Part shown: positions 19,297-31,986 of the stretch, piece after piece | Numbering within the stretch: position 1 is the stretch's first letter | How the letters are laid out: every line of letters starts with the position of its first letter | The notes under the pieces: generated by a model | Databases searched by the model: none | What the model saw: the letters and a program-made list of their open reading frames with translations, nothing else | Told to the model about the DNA's origin: nothing | Assembly (NCBI GenBank): GCA_026936335.1 | Contig: JAPMXV010000058.1 | Span: 186,001 to 250,000, forward strand | Length of the DNA stretch: 64,000 nt | DNA from: Mantamonas sphyraenae STR306 | Taxonomy: Eukaryota; Protista; CRuMs | Reading direction: 5' to 3' | Made by a program: the position numbers and the translations under genes

Positions 19297-22200
19297 ATGA
19301 GCACTGTGGTCACTCGCAGCAGCCGTGGACGTTCGCGCACCGCCGCTCGTCACCTGCTCTCCCTTCCGACCACAAACGGCATCCCTTCCGCAACCTCCTC
19401 CTCCTCTGCATCTGCCTCCCACTCCCTGTCCTCCCACACTGTCTCCTCCGCCTCTACCCGTGCCCTCACCACGCTGGGGCCTTCCCACGGCGCCCGTTTG
19501 TCCTCGCTTCCGTCCGCCCCTTCCGCCTCGGTGGCCTGGAACTCCTCCTCCTCCTCCCTGGCCTCGACCCCGGCACAAGGCCTCGCTGCAGGCATGTATG
19601 CCCTGCGTAGCCATGTTGCGCGTCCGCTGGTGGCCAGTGGGTCCCATGCCACCCCTGTGCGTGGCATTACAACACGCGTCTCGTCCGCGCTTGTTCGTCC
19701 CACGCGCACACGCGCCAAACACGCGTCTTCACTTGCCGTACGTTTGTCCACGAACAGTGCACGCACTTGCCCACCCGTCCCACCATCCGCTGCCATTGTT
19801 TCAGAGTCCATCCCATGCTCACTCGCGCTTGCTGGCCATTTCGGGGCTTTTTCGCGTGGCGCGGATTGCACCCCACACAGACGCGCGCCATGTCCTCGGT
19901 TCCGGGCAACGGCGGAGGCGGCGACGACGACGACGACGAGTCGCAGGCCACCAAACGGCCACGCAGCACAAAGGTGGATGCGTCCGACCTGCATGTGATC
20001 CACGATGATGACGACGACGACGACGACGAAAGCGACGACGAACACAGCGACGACGACGACAGCGACGATGAAGACGACCAGGATGGGGTGAAGAAGGGAA
20101 AGGACAAGGCCAGCAAACACAAGGAGGGTGCTGAGGGAGAGGACGATGGCAAGGACAACGCCTCGCTTGCGAATCCGTCGTTTGTGGTGCCCGACTCTGC
20201 ACCCGTGGTGCCCATCTACAAACGCCATGTGTTTCCGGGCATTGTGGCACCTGTGGTCATCACCGACGACAAGTTGGTGGACCAACTCGACGTCAACTCC
20301 ACCGCGGCGCTGTTTCTGGTCACCAATGACGAGCTGACGGCCGATCCTGCGCCCGGCGAAGCAAGGCCTGTCATTCGTAACTACGACGATTTGGCCGACG
20401 AGGGTGTGCTCGTGCGCATCCTGGGCATCCAACGAAGCAAGATCGGCTCGCAGGTGCTTGTGGCGGGCATTACACGTGTGCAAAAGACGGGTTTGCACGC
20501 AGGCAACACCAAACCTCGCATGGAGGTCACCCTGGAGGCCATCAAGGACTCCAAGTATGACAAAGAACGACCGGAAATCAAGGCATACACGGTGGAGATT
20601 GTGCACACGCTGAAGGAGCTTGTCAAGCTCAACCCATTCTTCAAGGAGCAGCTGAGTGTCGTGCTGGAGCGTGTGGATCTGAGCAACCCCAGCGAACTGG
20701 CCGATTTGGCAGCTGCCATGACTACAGCCAACCCGGAACAGTTGCAGGAAGTGATTGCTGCACGCAACATCCCGGAACGCCTGAGCAAGGCGCTGTTTCT
20801 GCTCAAGAGCGAATTGGACGTGAGCAAGGTGCAGCAAAAGATCAGCCGCGAGCTGGAGGACAAGGTCAGCACGACACAGCGCAAGTACATGCTGAACGAG
20901 CAGCTCAAGGCGATCAAGAAGGAGTTGGGACTGGAGACGGATGAGAAGGAAGCGCTGCTGACCAAGTTCCGTGGGCGGCTGGAGACCCTGGAGGTGCCCC
21001 AAGAGGTGATGGGTACCATTGAGGAGGAAATGGCAAAGCTGGGCTCGTTGGAGCCCAACTCGAGCGAATTTGGCGTCACACGCAACTACCTGGACTGGTT
21101 GACCCAGCTGCCGTGGGGTGTGTACTCGCAGGACAGATATGACCTTGACTATGCGCAGGGGGTCTTGGATGACGACCACTACGGCCTCAAGGACATCAAG
21201 GAACGCATCTTGGAGTACATTGCCGTGGGCAAGCTGGTGGGCACCGTGCAAGGGGGCAAAATCATCTGTCTCGTGGGCCCACCAGGCGTGGGAAAGACCA
21301 GCATTGGCAAGAGCATCGCACGTGCATTGGATCGCAAGTTTTTCCGGTTCAGCGTGGGAGGCATGACGGATGTGAGCGAAATCAAGGGTCACCGACGCAC
21401 GTACGTGGGTGCGATGCCGGGCAAGCTGATCCAGAGCCTAAAGACGGTGTCGACGTCCAACCCGGTGGTGATGATCGACGAAATTGACAAGCTGGGCCGC
21501 AGCATCCAGGGCGACCCGGGATCGGCGCTGTTGGAGGTGTTGGACAAGGAGCAGAACGACAAATTCCTTGATCATTACCTGGACGTGCCGGTGGACCTCA
21601 GCAAGGTGTTGTTCCTGTGTACGGCCAACGTGATGGACACGATCCCGGCCTGGTTGCAGGACCGCATGGAGGTGTTGCGTCTCAGCGGCTACGTGCTGGA
21701 GGAAAAGGTGCACATTGCCAAGCAGTACCTGATCCCACTGGCACGCAAAGAGGTGGGTCTCAAGGCGAAGCAGGTGACCATCCGCAGCACGGCGCTGAGC
21801 AAACTGATCTCCGACTACTGCCGCGAGGCCGGCGTGCGCAAACTCAACCAAATGGTGGAGCGTATCTTCCGCAAGGCTGCGTACATGGTGGCACGTGGCG
21901 AGGAGGAACAGGTGGTGGTGACGGCAGCCAACCTGGAGGAGTTTGTGGGCAAACCCATCTGGACGAGCGACCGCTACTACAAAAAGAGCATGACGGGCGT
22001 GGTGATGGGACTGGCCTGGACGTCCATGGGGGGTGCCACGCTGTACATTGAGACTGTGCCCACACCGACACCGACGGCGCCGCGCAGGAGGAAGAAGGGC
22101 AACAAGAAGAGGAATGACCTGGTGGAGGACAACGACGTGCTGGACAACGACATCCGTGTGAACAGTGACAACAACGACGACGACGACTACGACGACGACG

Positions 22201-22691
22201 ATGACGACAGGAAGCGCACACAGGCCACAGGTAGGCTGATGACCACGGGACAGATGGGCGATGTGATGAAGGAGTCCACATCGATTGCCTACACGGTGGC
22301 GAAGCGCTTCCTGTACAACCTGGACCCGAACAACGACTTTTTGCACACAGCCACGCTGCACATGCACCTTCCCGAGGGTGCACAGCCCAAGGATGGGCCG
22401 TCGGCAGGTGTGACGATGGTGACGTCGCTTCTGTCGCTGGCTCTGGACAAGGCACCGCGAGAGAACCTGGCCATGACGGGTGAGGTGACACTCACGGGAA
22501 AGGTGCTGCCCATTGGCGGCGTCAAGGAGAAGCTGATTGCCTCGCGTCGCAGCGGCGTCAAGGTGGTGATCTTCCCCGAAGGCAACCGTAAGGATGTCGA
22601 CGAGCTCGAGGATTACCTCAAGGAAGGCATGGAAATCCACTTTGCGGATTGGATTGACGATGTGGTGCGTGTGGCGGGATTGATTGATTGA
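19297..22691 (+). CDS. LONP1: Mitochondrial Lon protease (exons 19297-19737, 19881-22691)
   Basis: Walker A GPPGVGKT, HRRTYVGAMPG, IDEIDK, catalytic KDGPSAG and PIGGVKEK; Ser/Arg-rich presequence exon joined by a phase-0 GT-AG intron. Confidence 0.96.
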
Positions 22692-22725
22692 GAATAGAGT
22701 GAATGGCAGCGTCAAATGTGGGCTG

Positions 22726-23615
22726 TCAGCGTTTCATTGCACGGGCGACAAAGTTGAGGCCGGAACCGACCGGCACATCGGCAGGATCGTCTTCCACGTA
22801 GCTGAGGAGAGACAGACCTGCGCGTTCGAGGTGTGCGGTGATGCCACGCTTGTCAAAGAGGTGCATGTGGACGTCGCCGTTGTTGCTGTGGGAGCCGTAG
22901 AGCTGGTAGGAGAGGACTGTGCTGTCCCACTTGCCCGACTGGTAGGCTTTGATCATGGCAGGGAGGGAGGGACAGCGGATGGCAATGATCTTGCCTGGCT
23001 TGAGGACACGGGCCCACTCACGAAGGACCTGATCACACTCGCGGTGGCTGATGTGCTCGAGGACGTCCTGAGCAATGATGCCATCCACGCTGTTGTCCGG
23101 CAGGTCAAGGTTGCGGATGTCCATGGCCACCACATCGGGATGGTCACTGTACAGGTCGATGTTCAGCAAGTTGTCCCGTACGTCCTTGCCGCAGCCCAGA
23201 TTGAGAATGAGCGGCTGAGGCAGCGGCTGCGGCAATTTGCCGGTTGCAGGCGTCGTGGAAAAGGACATTTGGATGAGCTTGCCTGCTCGGATGTAATCGC
23301 GAATGATGCCATCTGGCAGAGTGCGAGGTAGGTGGGGTTGAAGCTGTGCCGGCTCCTTGCCTCCCTGGCTGCCTGTATGTTTGGTGGAGAAGGCGGTGGA
23401 CACCATCCGATGGCGTGTGAGCAATTGTGGAAAGTGTGCATCCAGGTCCTGTGTGACGGGAAAGGTCGGTGCGTGCACACGAGCCTGTGGGAGACAAACA
23501 CACCTGCAGAGCCGCGCTGAGGGTGCTTCTTGTGTCTATGGGCCACGGTGGGCTTGCCCCACACATGAGGGCTGAGTAACAAAGTCAACACCAGCGCGAA
23601 AACGACGGTGCGCAT
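22726..23615 (-). CDS. Class I SAM-dependent methyltransferase, probably with a signal peptide/anchor exon
   Basis: LNLGCG, DVLEH and RVLKPG motifs; upstream MRTVVFALVLTLLL in another frame. Exon structure is uncertain. Confidence 0.75.
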
Positions 23616-23693
23616 GGCTTGAGGTGCTGGACAACGCTGGATGACACGGCGGGCCCCAGCCCTCCCATCAAAACTCAAACCCCGTTTTCAGAA

Positions 23694-24871
23694 ATGTAAG
23701 TGCAGGTGTGATGAAGCTGTAAACAAGCCTACTGCATGGAGCGTGGATGTGTGCATGTATCCGTGTGTGCAGTATGTGCTGTACATGCCTTGTTGGGTCT
23801 CGGAGGGTTGTGGCAAGCACCCGATTTTTTTTCGGGTGCCCCCCCACCTCTGCAGCGCCCGAGGGCATGGCACACAGGCATGCAGGGCGCACGCCACTTG
23901 CCGCATTGCAGTTGAGCACATGTATGCAGACACACTGTGCAGACGCATGTGTGCAGCAAGGCTGCATGCAAGTGCACTGGGTGCGCTTAGGTCGACCTTG
24001 TCTATTTTTCCCTCTCGCGGCAAACGGCGCTGCGCAGTCCTTTTCCCGCCACGCAGACACTCACACCCGCCGCGCTGGACACCCATCATGACACAGGTCT
24101 TGGCAGTACGTTGTCGCACAACACATGCACATGTGCAGCATGTCTGCATGTGCCCTTGCGCATCGCCCCACCGCTTTTTGACGCGACGGCCTGATCAGGC
24201 CCTCTTTTTCCGACCGGCCTCTGGCTAACCCTCCCTCTCGCCGCTTTTCCCTCTCGGCAACCCACCCTTCCTCGCTTGCGCCCTTCCTTGCCCTCGCCCC
24301 TGCCTCCATCGCAGAACCTATGTTGATGATTCTCTTGTTGGCTCCGGCTACGTGTCGGAGGCCGCCATCCACGGCCACGACGGTGGCGTGTGGGCCACTT
24401 CTTCCAACCTGAACGTACGTTTTCGCTCGCCTGTGGAAGCCGCGGCGAATTATTTTTCGTGTGCCATTTCGTCAGCCTTCCGTTTACCCACAGGCAAACA
24501 CACACCACGCTCATGCGCTGACACTCTCGTGCCCATTGCCCATGATGGACATTTCTGCAATCCACTGGTGCTGTTTCGACGACGCATGGTCACGTGTGCA
24601 GGTCTCCGCCGATGAGGTCGCAGCCCTGATCGCCGCTCTGGACGACAACTCCAAGGCCTTCAGCTCCGGTCTGGTCATCGGTGGCACCAAGTACATGTGC
24701 ATCCGCATTGACGACAACTCCGCTTACGGCAAGAAGGGCCAGGCTGGCGTGACCATCTACAAGACCGCCCAGACCCTGCTCATCGGAACCCACAGCGAGG
24801 ATCTGCAGGGCGGCAACTGCGAGGTGACCGTCGGCAAGGTCGCTGACTACCTCTCCGAGCTGGGCTACTGA
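23694..24871 (+). CDS. Profilin, 126 aa (exons 23694-23695, 24097-24105, 24315-24414, 24602-24871)
   Basis: Spliced product MSWQTYVDDSLVGSG...AAIHGHDGGVWA...YGKKG...GKVADYLSELGY; all three introns are GT-AG and keep the frame. Confidence 0.93.
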
Positions 24872-25080
24872 ACAGCCTGTGCGAAACGCATGCAATGCGC
24901 GGGACAACGCACATGTCGTTCGTAACAGCCTTTGTTGTTGGTCTTCACGGCCGATCCATTTGCCCCGACTCGCGATCGGCTCTTCTGCTCCTTGTGTAGG
25001 CTGACTGGTTGTACCGCATAATGTACGCTGTCCATTGTCGCGCAATCGCACCCCTCTCGTCTCTCTCTCTCTGCATCATG

Positions 25081-26490
25081 CTACCCAGAGTTGCTCATCG
25101 CTGCACCGGCGACACACATCTTGCTCAGCTTCTGCAACCTGGCGGTCAAGGCTTCCACCTCGTCCTGCTGCAACGCCTCATGCACCTTGTCCAGTGCCAG
25201 CGCCTGGCTGCACATTTCGCCTGCTTCGGACCACTGTTTGTCCACCACCATGCCACTGACGAGACGCGAGTATGCCGGCAGCCAGCCCGGTTCCAGGGCG
25301 AGCGCAGCCCGTGCTGCGTCCACACACTCCTCAGCACATCCAAGGCGTCCATAAAGACCCGCCTGTTCGTCCAGTGCACGCAGGGCGACCACCAACGCCT
25401 CACCCGTCTGCTCTTCCTGTGGCAAGCCACGAAACAGAGTCAACACCGTCTCAAACTGTGCCAGGGCCTGCGTTGCATTCCCGCAGCCATTGCTTGCCTG
25501 TGCCGCCGCATGTGTGGCTTCCATGCGACCCACCAACTCTTGCACAGACACACTGGATGAGGAGGAAGATGAGGAGGAGGATGAGGAGGAGGAGGAGGCA
25601 CCTTGGCCCCCTTCACGCGCAAGAAGGACATCGACATCGTCAATGAGACTGCCCAGGCCCTTGTCCACATTGTGGATGTCTGAATGACGGAAGCCAATGG
25701 TGATGTGCATGTCTCGCGGCTCCAGGCCCAGACGAGCACGAGCGGCGTTTGCCGAGGGCCAGTGGAGCACACGGAAGTAGGCTTCGTTGCCATCGTCCTC
25801 CTTGGCATAACCCAAACCTGCGTCACGCCAATTGTCCTCCAAGAGGGCACCCAACACCTGCACCAATGCCCTGTTGCGCACCTTTTTGTTGTCCCAGGAC
25901 ACCTGCTCCAGTCCCAACTCCTCGTGCAACGCCTTGAGCATGTCCAGCTGCTCCGTGCACACTTGGGTCACTTCGGCACGCGAGAGGAGTGTCACGTGAA
26001 ACACATCGCCGTCTCGCTTCTTGCGCATGGCCGACAACGCAGCCGCCTCTTCCTCGCCCACACGTGCTTGCACCTGCGACAGTCCCAACACCCCGCACGA
26101 GTCCACGTGTTCGCCAAACAGACCGATGTATCCCTGGTTCTTCAACTGTTCCACAATCACGTCATCCTCCTCCTCCTGCTCCTGCTCCTCCTGGTGTTTG
26201 CCATCCTTGCGTCGTCGTCGCCGAATCACCAGAACTCGCTCGCTCTTCTTGCCCTCCGATTTGTGACTCAGACCCAACAGACCGGCAATGCCATGGACCA
26301 CCACCCGCTCCTTGGCATCCAGATTGGGAATACGCAGCTCCTCACCCACCTCCACCTCCAGCAGCTTCTCCACCCACTTCCGCTCCTCCTCCGACGTGTA
26401 CATCATACACAGCGTCTCCTTATCCAGTGCCATCCCAAGTGACGCCCTACGCTTCATGTCCACAGCAGATGAGCCGCGAGACGACGACAT
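25081..26490 (-). CDS. R3H + 2H phosphoesterase + TPR protein
   Basis: R3H (ERVVVHGIAGLLGLSHKSEG), two H-x-T motifs (FHVTLL, MHITIGF) and C-terminal TPR-like helices. Confidence 0.75.
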   Translation of the reverse strand: MSSSRGSSAVDMKRRASLGMALDKETLCMMYTSEEERKWVEKLLEVEVGEELRIPNLDAKERVVVHGIAGLLGLSHKSEGKKSERVLVIRRRRRKDGKHQEEQEQEEEDDVIVEQLKNQGYIGLFGEHVDSCGVLGLSQVQARVGEEEAAALSAMRKKRDGDVFHVTLLSRAEVTQVCTEQLDMLKALHEELGLEQVSWDNKKVRNRALVQVLGALLEDNWRDAGLGYAKEDDGNEAYFRVLHWPSANAARARLGLEPRDMHITIGFRHSDIHNVDKGLGSLIDDVDVLLAREGGQGASSSSSSSSSSSSSSSVSVQELVGRMEATHAAAQASNGCGNATQALAQFETVLTLFRGLPQEEQTGEALVVALRALDEQAGLYGRLGCAEECVDAARAALALEPGWLPAYSRLVSGMVVDKQWSEAGEMCSQALALDKVHEALQQDEVEALTARLQKLSKMCVAGAAMSNSG

Positions 26491-26549
26491 GATCAGACTG
26501 TAAAGACGTTTATGTGCTGGGTGATGGGGATGCGGGTTTTGCCTGCCTC

Positions 26550-27951
<1,402 letters not shown>

Positions 27952-27996
27952 TCATTCCCATCCCACACCACACATCCTTTCGCAACACATCGTCCC

Positions 27997-30441
27997 CTAC
28001 GACTCTCCAGGCTTGGGTGGCTTGCGACGAGGCCGTGCTGGCACATAGCCACCTGCTGAGGATGACGAGGTGGACGACGACGACGTCGAGCGCTGTGTGA
28101 TGCTCAGTCGCGACTCACCGCCGCCCTCGTTGTCTGTTCCAACCCCACCGAGCCTGTTCCTGTTGTTGTTGTTGTTGTTGCCCACCTGTACAATGGAGCC
28201 TTCGCTCTCGTCCGTGTGCAGTTCCGACTCCTCGGCCACCGTCTTGTGACGTGCCTCCTCGGCCACAACCACATCCAAGGTTTTCAGGTTGAGTCGATCC
28301 AGCGTGGCTTGGATGCGCACGTTGAACCACTCGTCCTTGGGCAACACGGCGGTGCCGTCTGCCCCGTCGTGCTGGTTGGCATACTCGCCCAGCGCACGTT
28401 TGACCAAATGGTTGATGGCCTTGCGTGACAATCCACTGGCGTACGGTCCCGCCGCTTCCAACAGGAAGCGCATGTCCAACACCAGCTGCACCAACCCCTG
28501 CTGTCCAATGGTGGGCGGTCCCGTTTCCTCCCCATCCCAGTACTCACCCATGGCCATCATGGTGCACATTTCGTCCAGGATCATCTGCATCGCTGGCACC
28601 ACACTCTCCACGTTGACTGTCTCCACCACCGACGCCTGCATGGAGTACACGTGCTTCAGTGCCTCCTGAAACACCTTGCGTGGCGCGTCGACCTCACCTC
28701 GTTCGCTGCTGTAGTCGCTGTGTTCCCACGCCACCCGTTCGTTGACCAACGCCTGTCCACGCTTGGTGGTAAAGTCACTCAACAGCTCCGCGTGCAGGTT
28801 GGTCGTCTTCAGCATCAGCTGTTCCAACTCGTTGATGGGCCGCTTGAACCTGGCCTTGAATTGTCGTGTGATGCGTGGCAACAGGTCATGGGTCACTGAG
28901 ATCACATTGCTAATCATGCTCAGTCTCTGCTTGTCCGTGTTGCGCATCTGATCCGCCGCCGTCGCCGCCTGCACCATGCGATCCATGAAATTCTCCAACA
29001 GCCGCGCCAACGCCATGATCACCACCGAGTACAGCTGAAAGTTGAGCACACGGTCCACATTGCGCATAAACTCGTGGATGAGCCTGTACAGATGCTTGCC
29101 CGATTCGGTCAGTTTCACAGAGGCCACCTCGCTGCCCGATTGCTCGCCCACGTTGAATTCCCGTGCCACCCACACCTCGTCGACAATCCGCTCCTTCAAT
29201 GACTCTTCCATGCGGTGGTAGTATGCCCCGATGGCCGAGATGAGATCCGGCATAAACATCTCGTCCAGGTAGAACGCAAAGCTCAGCCCGCAATCTTCCA
29301 ACACCTTGCAGTGCAGCTTGGCAATCTCCATACACTCGGACATGGTCAGGAAATCGTCGGTGTTGAACACTTGCCGTGCAAACACGCCTGCAAAGTGATT
29401 CAACTCTGCCACCGCCCACATGGTGAACCCCGACGTGAACTTGATGTCCACAAACGCCGCCCCAAACTCCTCCTTCACAGTGGCAATGGTGTTGAACACC
29501 AATTCGGACAGCTGACCAATGTACCCTCGCAAATCTCCCTCCAAACGCAACTTTTTGATCGCCCTCCGCAGGGTGCGCGTCTTGCTTCGCAGAAACACCT
29601 GCCGTGCACGATCCCCCATGCCCAGCTCCAGCATGTATCCAATCAACGCCTCTGCTTCGCTTGTCTTTTTGCTGTTTTGCAAATCCAATGACATGCGCTC
29701 CGACAGCGTCGACACACGATCGCGGATCACCACCTTTGCAGACGCCGTCAGTCGAGGCAACATCGACAAGTCCGGAAGCTTCTCGCGTGCCTCTTGCAAC
29801 AGCTTCACTGCCTCTCCGTACCGTCGCTCCGCAATGCACACCTCCAGCTCGTCCGGCAGATCCAGCACCCACCGCAGCATTGGCAGTTTCTCCTCCGTTA
29901 TCATCAACACCGACAAGTCCTCGTTGCCACGGCTCGGTTCGCCTGCAAAGCCGTGTGTGTGTGTGCGTGTGTGTCAGCGTGTGGATGATGGGATGCGTTG
30001 CCACGGTTCACCACCACCGAAGGACGGAAGGCCGCACGGCAAAGGAGGGCAAAAACCCCGTATTCGCCGCTCACTCACCCGCGCGAAAGTTGAGCGGCGA
30101 CTCCATTAGATTGCGCAGCACCGTTTGTTCCTCGCTCAGCAGGTTGCGCAGACTTAGCATGTCGGATTCCATGTCTGTGGTGGCAGGTGTGGTTGCGTGT
30201 TGGTCAGTGAACAAGGGTCGTTTGCTCGAAACGACGACGGACGGACAACCTACGTGAAATGCTCTGTGTGCTGGCAATGAAGCGCCGGTAGTTTTCAAAC
30301 ACAGTGAGCTGTAGCTGGCCCGCCGCAAAGTCCTTCAGGTTCTCCAGGTTGCCCAAATGGTGCACGTTGTGGTCTTCCGTGAACTTGACCATCTGCGTCT
30401 CCGAGTCTGAATGGACGACCCTGTCAGCAAAGTGAACACAC

Positions 30442-30473
<32 letters not shown>

Positions 30474-30570
30474 AGAGCAAGGGACAGACATAACGTGGCC
30501 TTCACTTACACGCAGACGTGTCAAAGTCGCGCTGTTCAAACTGCTCCAGCAGCGACTTTGAACTTTGCAT
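27997..30570 (-). CDS. EXOC8: Exocyst component Exo84/EXOC8 (multi-exon)
   Basis: VFENYRRFI..T..IS.MESDMLSLRNLL (Vps51-like N-terminus) and W..DLPDELEVCIAERR...YIGQLSELVF (Exo84 C-terminal domain). Confidence 0.85.
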
Positions 30571-30649
30571 CGTCGTTTTTTTGCCTCTGCCCGCGCTGCC
30601 CTGTCCCCCCCACCCCAACGACACCACCACCCCTCCCTTCTTGTTGAAC

Positions 30650-31123
30650 ATGGTTCTCAACCACGCTGTGCATCTTCTGATCACCCACACGACCCCACTG
30701 CGTGCGCTGGCCGCGTACGCCACCTGGACGTTCTTCCTTGTCTCGTGCATCGCCGCCTACCGGGTGTGGATGACCCTGATTGGTGCCAAGCGTGCCAACC
30801 AGTTCCATTGGACAGGCGATGGCCAGCCTGCGTGGATGAACCGCCTCATGCGAGCACACCAGAACTGTGTGGAGAACCTGCCCGTGTTTGCCAGCCTCGT
30901 CCTCGTCGCTGCAGTGGCAAGCATCCATTCCGAGTGGTTTGACGCCCTTTGCACCGTCGTCATTGTCAGCCGCGTTGCCCAGAGTCTCACCCACTGCATC
31001 AGCACACGATCGCTCGCCGTCATGATCCGCTTCTCGTTTTTTCTCTCTCAAATTGCTGCCCAGGTGTTTATGGTCCGTGAATTGTACCTCAACCTGCCTG
31101 CAAAGGGTGCCATCATCGCCTGA
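30650..31123 (+). CDS. MAPEG family membrane protein
   Basis: RAHQNCVENLPVFA and SRVAQS motifs; about 4 hydrophobic segments. Confidence 0.85.
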   Translation: MVLNHAVHLLITHTTPLRALAAYATWTFFLVSCIAAYRVWMTLIGAKRANQFHWTGDGQPAWMNRLMRAHQNCVENLPVFASLVLVAAVASIHSEWFDALCTVVIVSRVAQSLTHCISTRSLAVMIRFSFFLSQIAAQVFMVRELYLNLPAKGAIIA

Positions 31124-31203
31124 GGTGGTGAGCATGCAACCAATGAAAACACACGTCACATCCCCGCAAAGGCCCAAAACAAACACTCCCCTCTTTCGCG
31201 ACC

Positions 31204-31878
31204 ATGGTACGTGCTGTGCACTCGTCTTGACATTTCAGACGCATGCCATGGCATGTGAACGTGTGTGATGGATACATGTGTGCCCACACTGTGCTTGGAT
31301 GCGTGCTGTGGACAGCGACAGAGGCCGTTGCGGCAACACAGGCTGACACACGACCGCTCATCTTCCACTCGCGCCGTCACCGCCCCCTTTGCACACACGC
31401 ACACACGCACACGTGCACACCCACGCACGGACACACAGGCACAGAAGCAGAAGCGTGAAGGCGTGCTGGACCTGAGCGCACACATTGGCGCAGAGGTGAC
31501 TGTAAAGACGAGCGGGACAAACCAGACGCCCGGCCGCGAGATTGTCGGCACGCTCATGGGCTACGACGCGCTGGTCAACTGTGTGCTGGACAACGCCCAC
31601 GAACTGTTGATGGGTATGTGACACACGAGTGGCTGGTAGAAGGCTGTGTGGATGTCATGGGCCAACGTGGGGACCCGGGGTACATGCGCGGGTGGCGCTC
31701 ACACGCACGCACACACATGCACACACACGCAGACGCAGAGACTGGCATGCCCACAGGTGAGACACGTCAATTGGGACTGATTGTGTGCCGTGGCACAGCT
31801 GTGATGCTCATCACACCCAAGGACGGGGCGGAAGAGATTGCCAACCCGTTCCTGGAGCCCGAGGCAACCATTGAGTGA
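31204..31878 (+). CDS. LSM7: LSm7 (first coding exon is ATG only)
   Basis: KREGVLDLS...GREIVGTLMGYDALVNCVLD and RQLGLIVCRG...GAEEIANPF; ATG|gtacgt donor at 31204-31212. Confidence 0.92.
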
Positions 31879-31986
31879 AGGAAAGGGAATTGTCATTTGA
31901 TGGGAAGGGGGAAAATGAATGCAATGGGCAAAAGTGGAGTTGAGTGTTGTGGCGTGGCCCCAGGTGGACCCACTGCAAACGCAACC

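Noticed and set aside
20608-20619. 12-nt match to the putative guide inside Lon (also 11 nt at 18498-18508 in RRP15)
   Set aside because: Too short, and composed of very common codons (CTG AAG GAG); expected by chance.
19350-21392. Long antisense ORFs (680 aa here; also 32835-34385, 44441-45889, 21438-22715)
   Set aside because: Shadow frames opposite well-supported genes, produced by high GC and codon bias.
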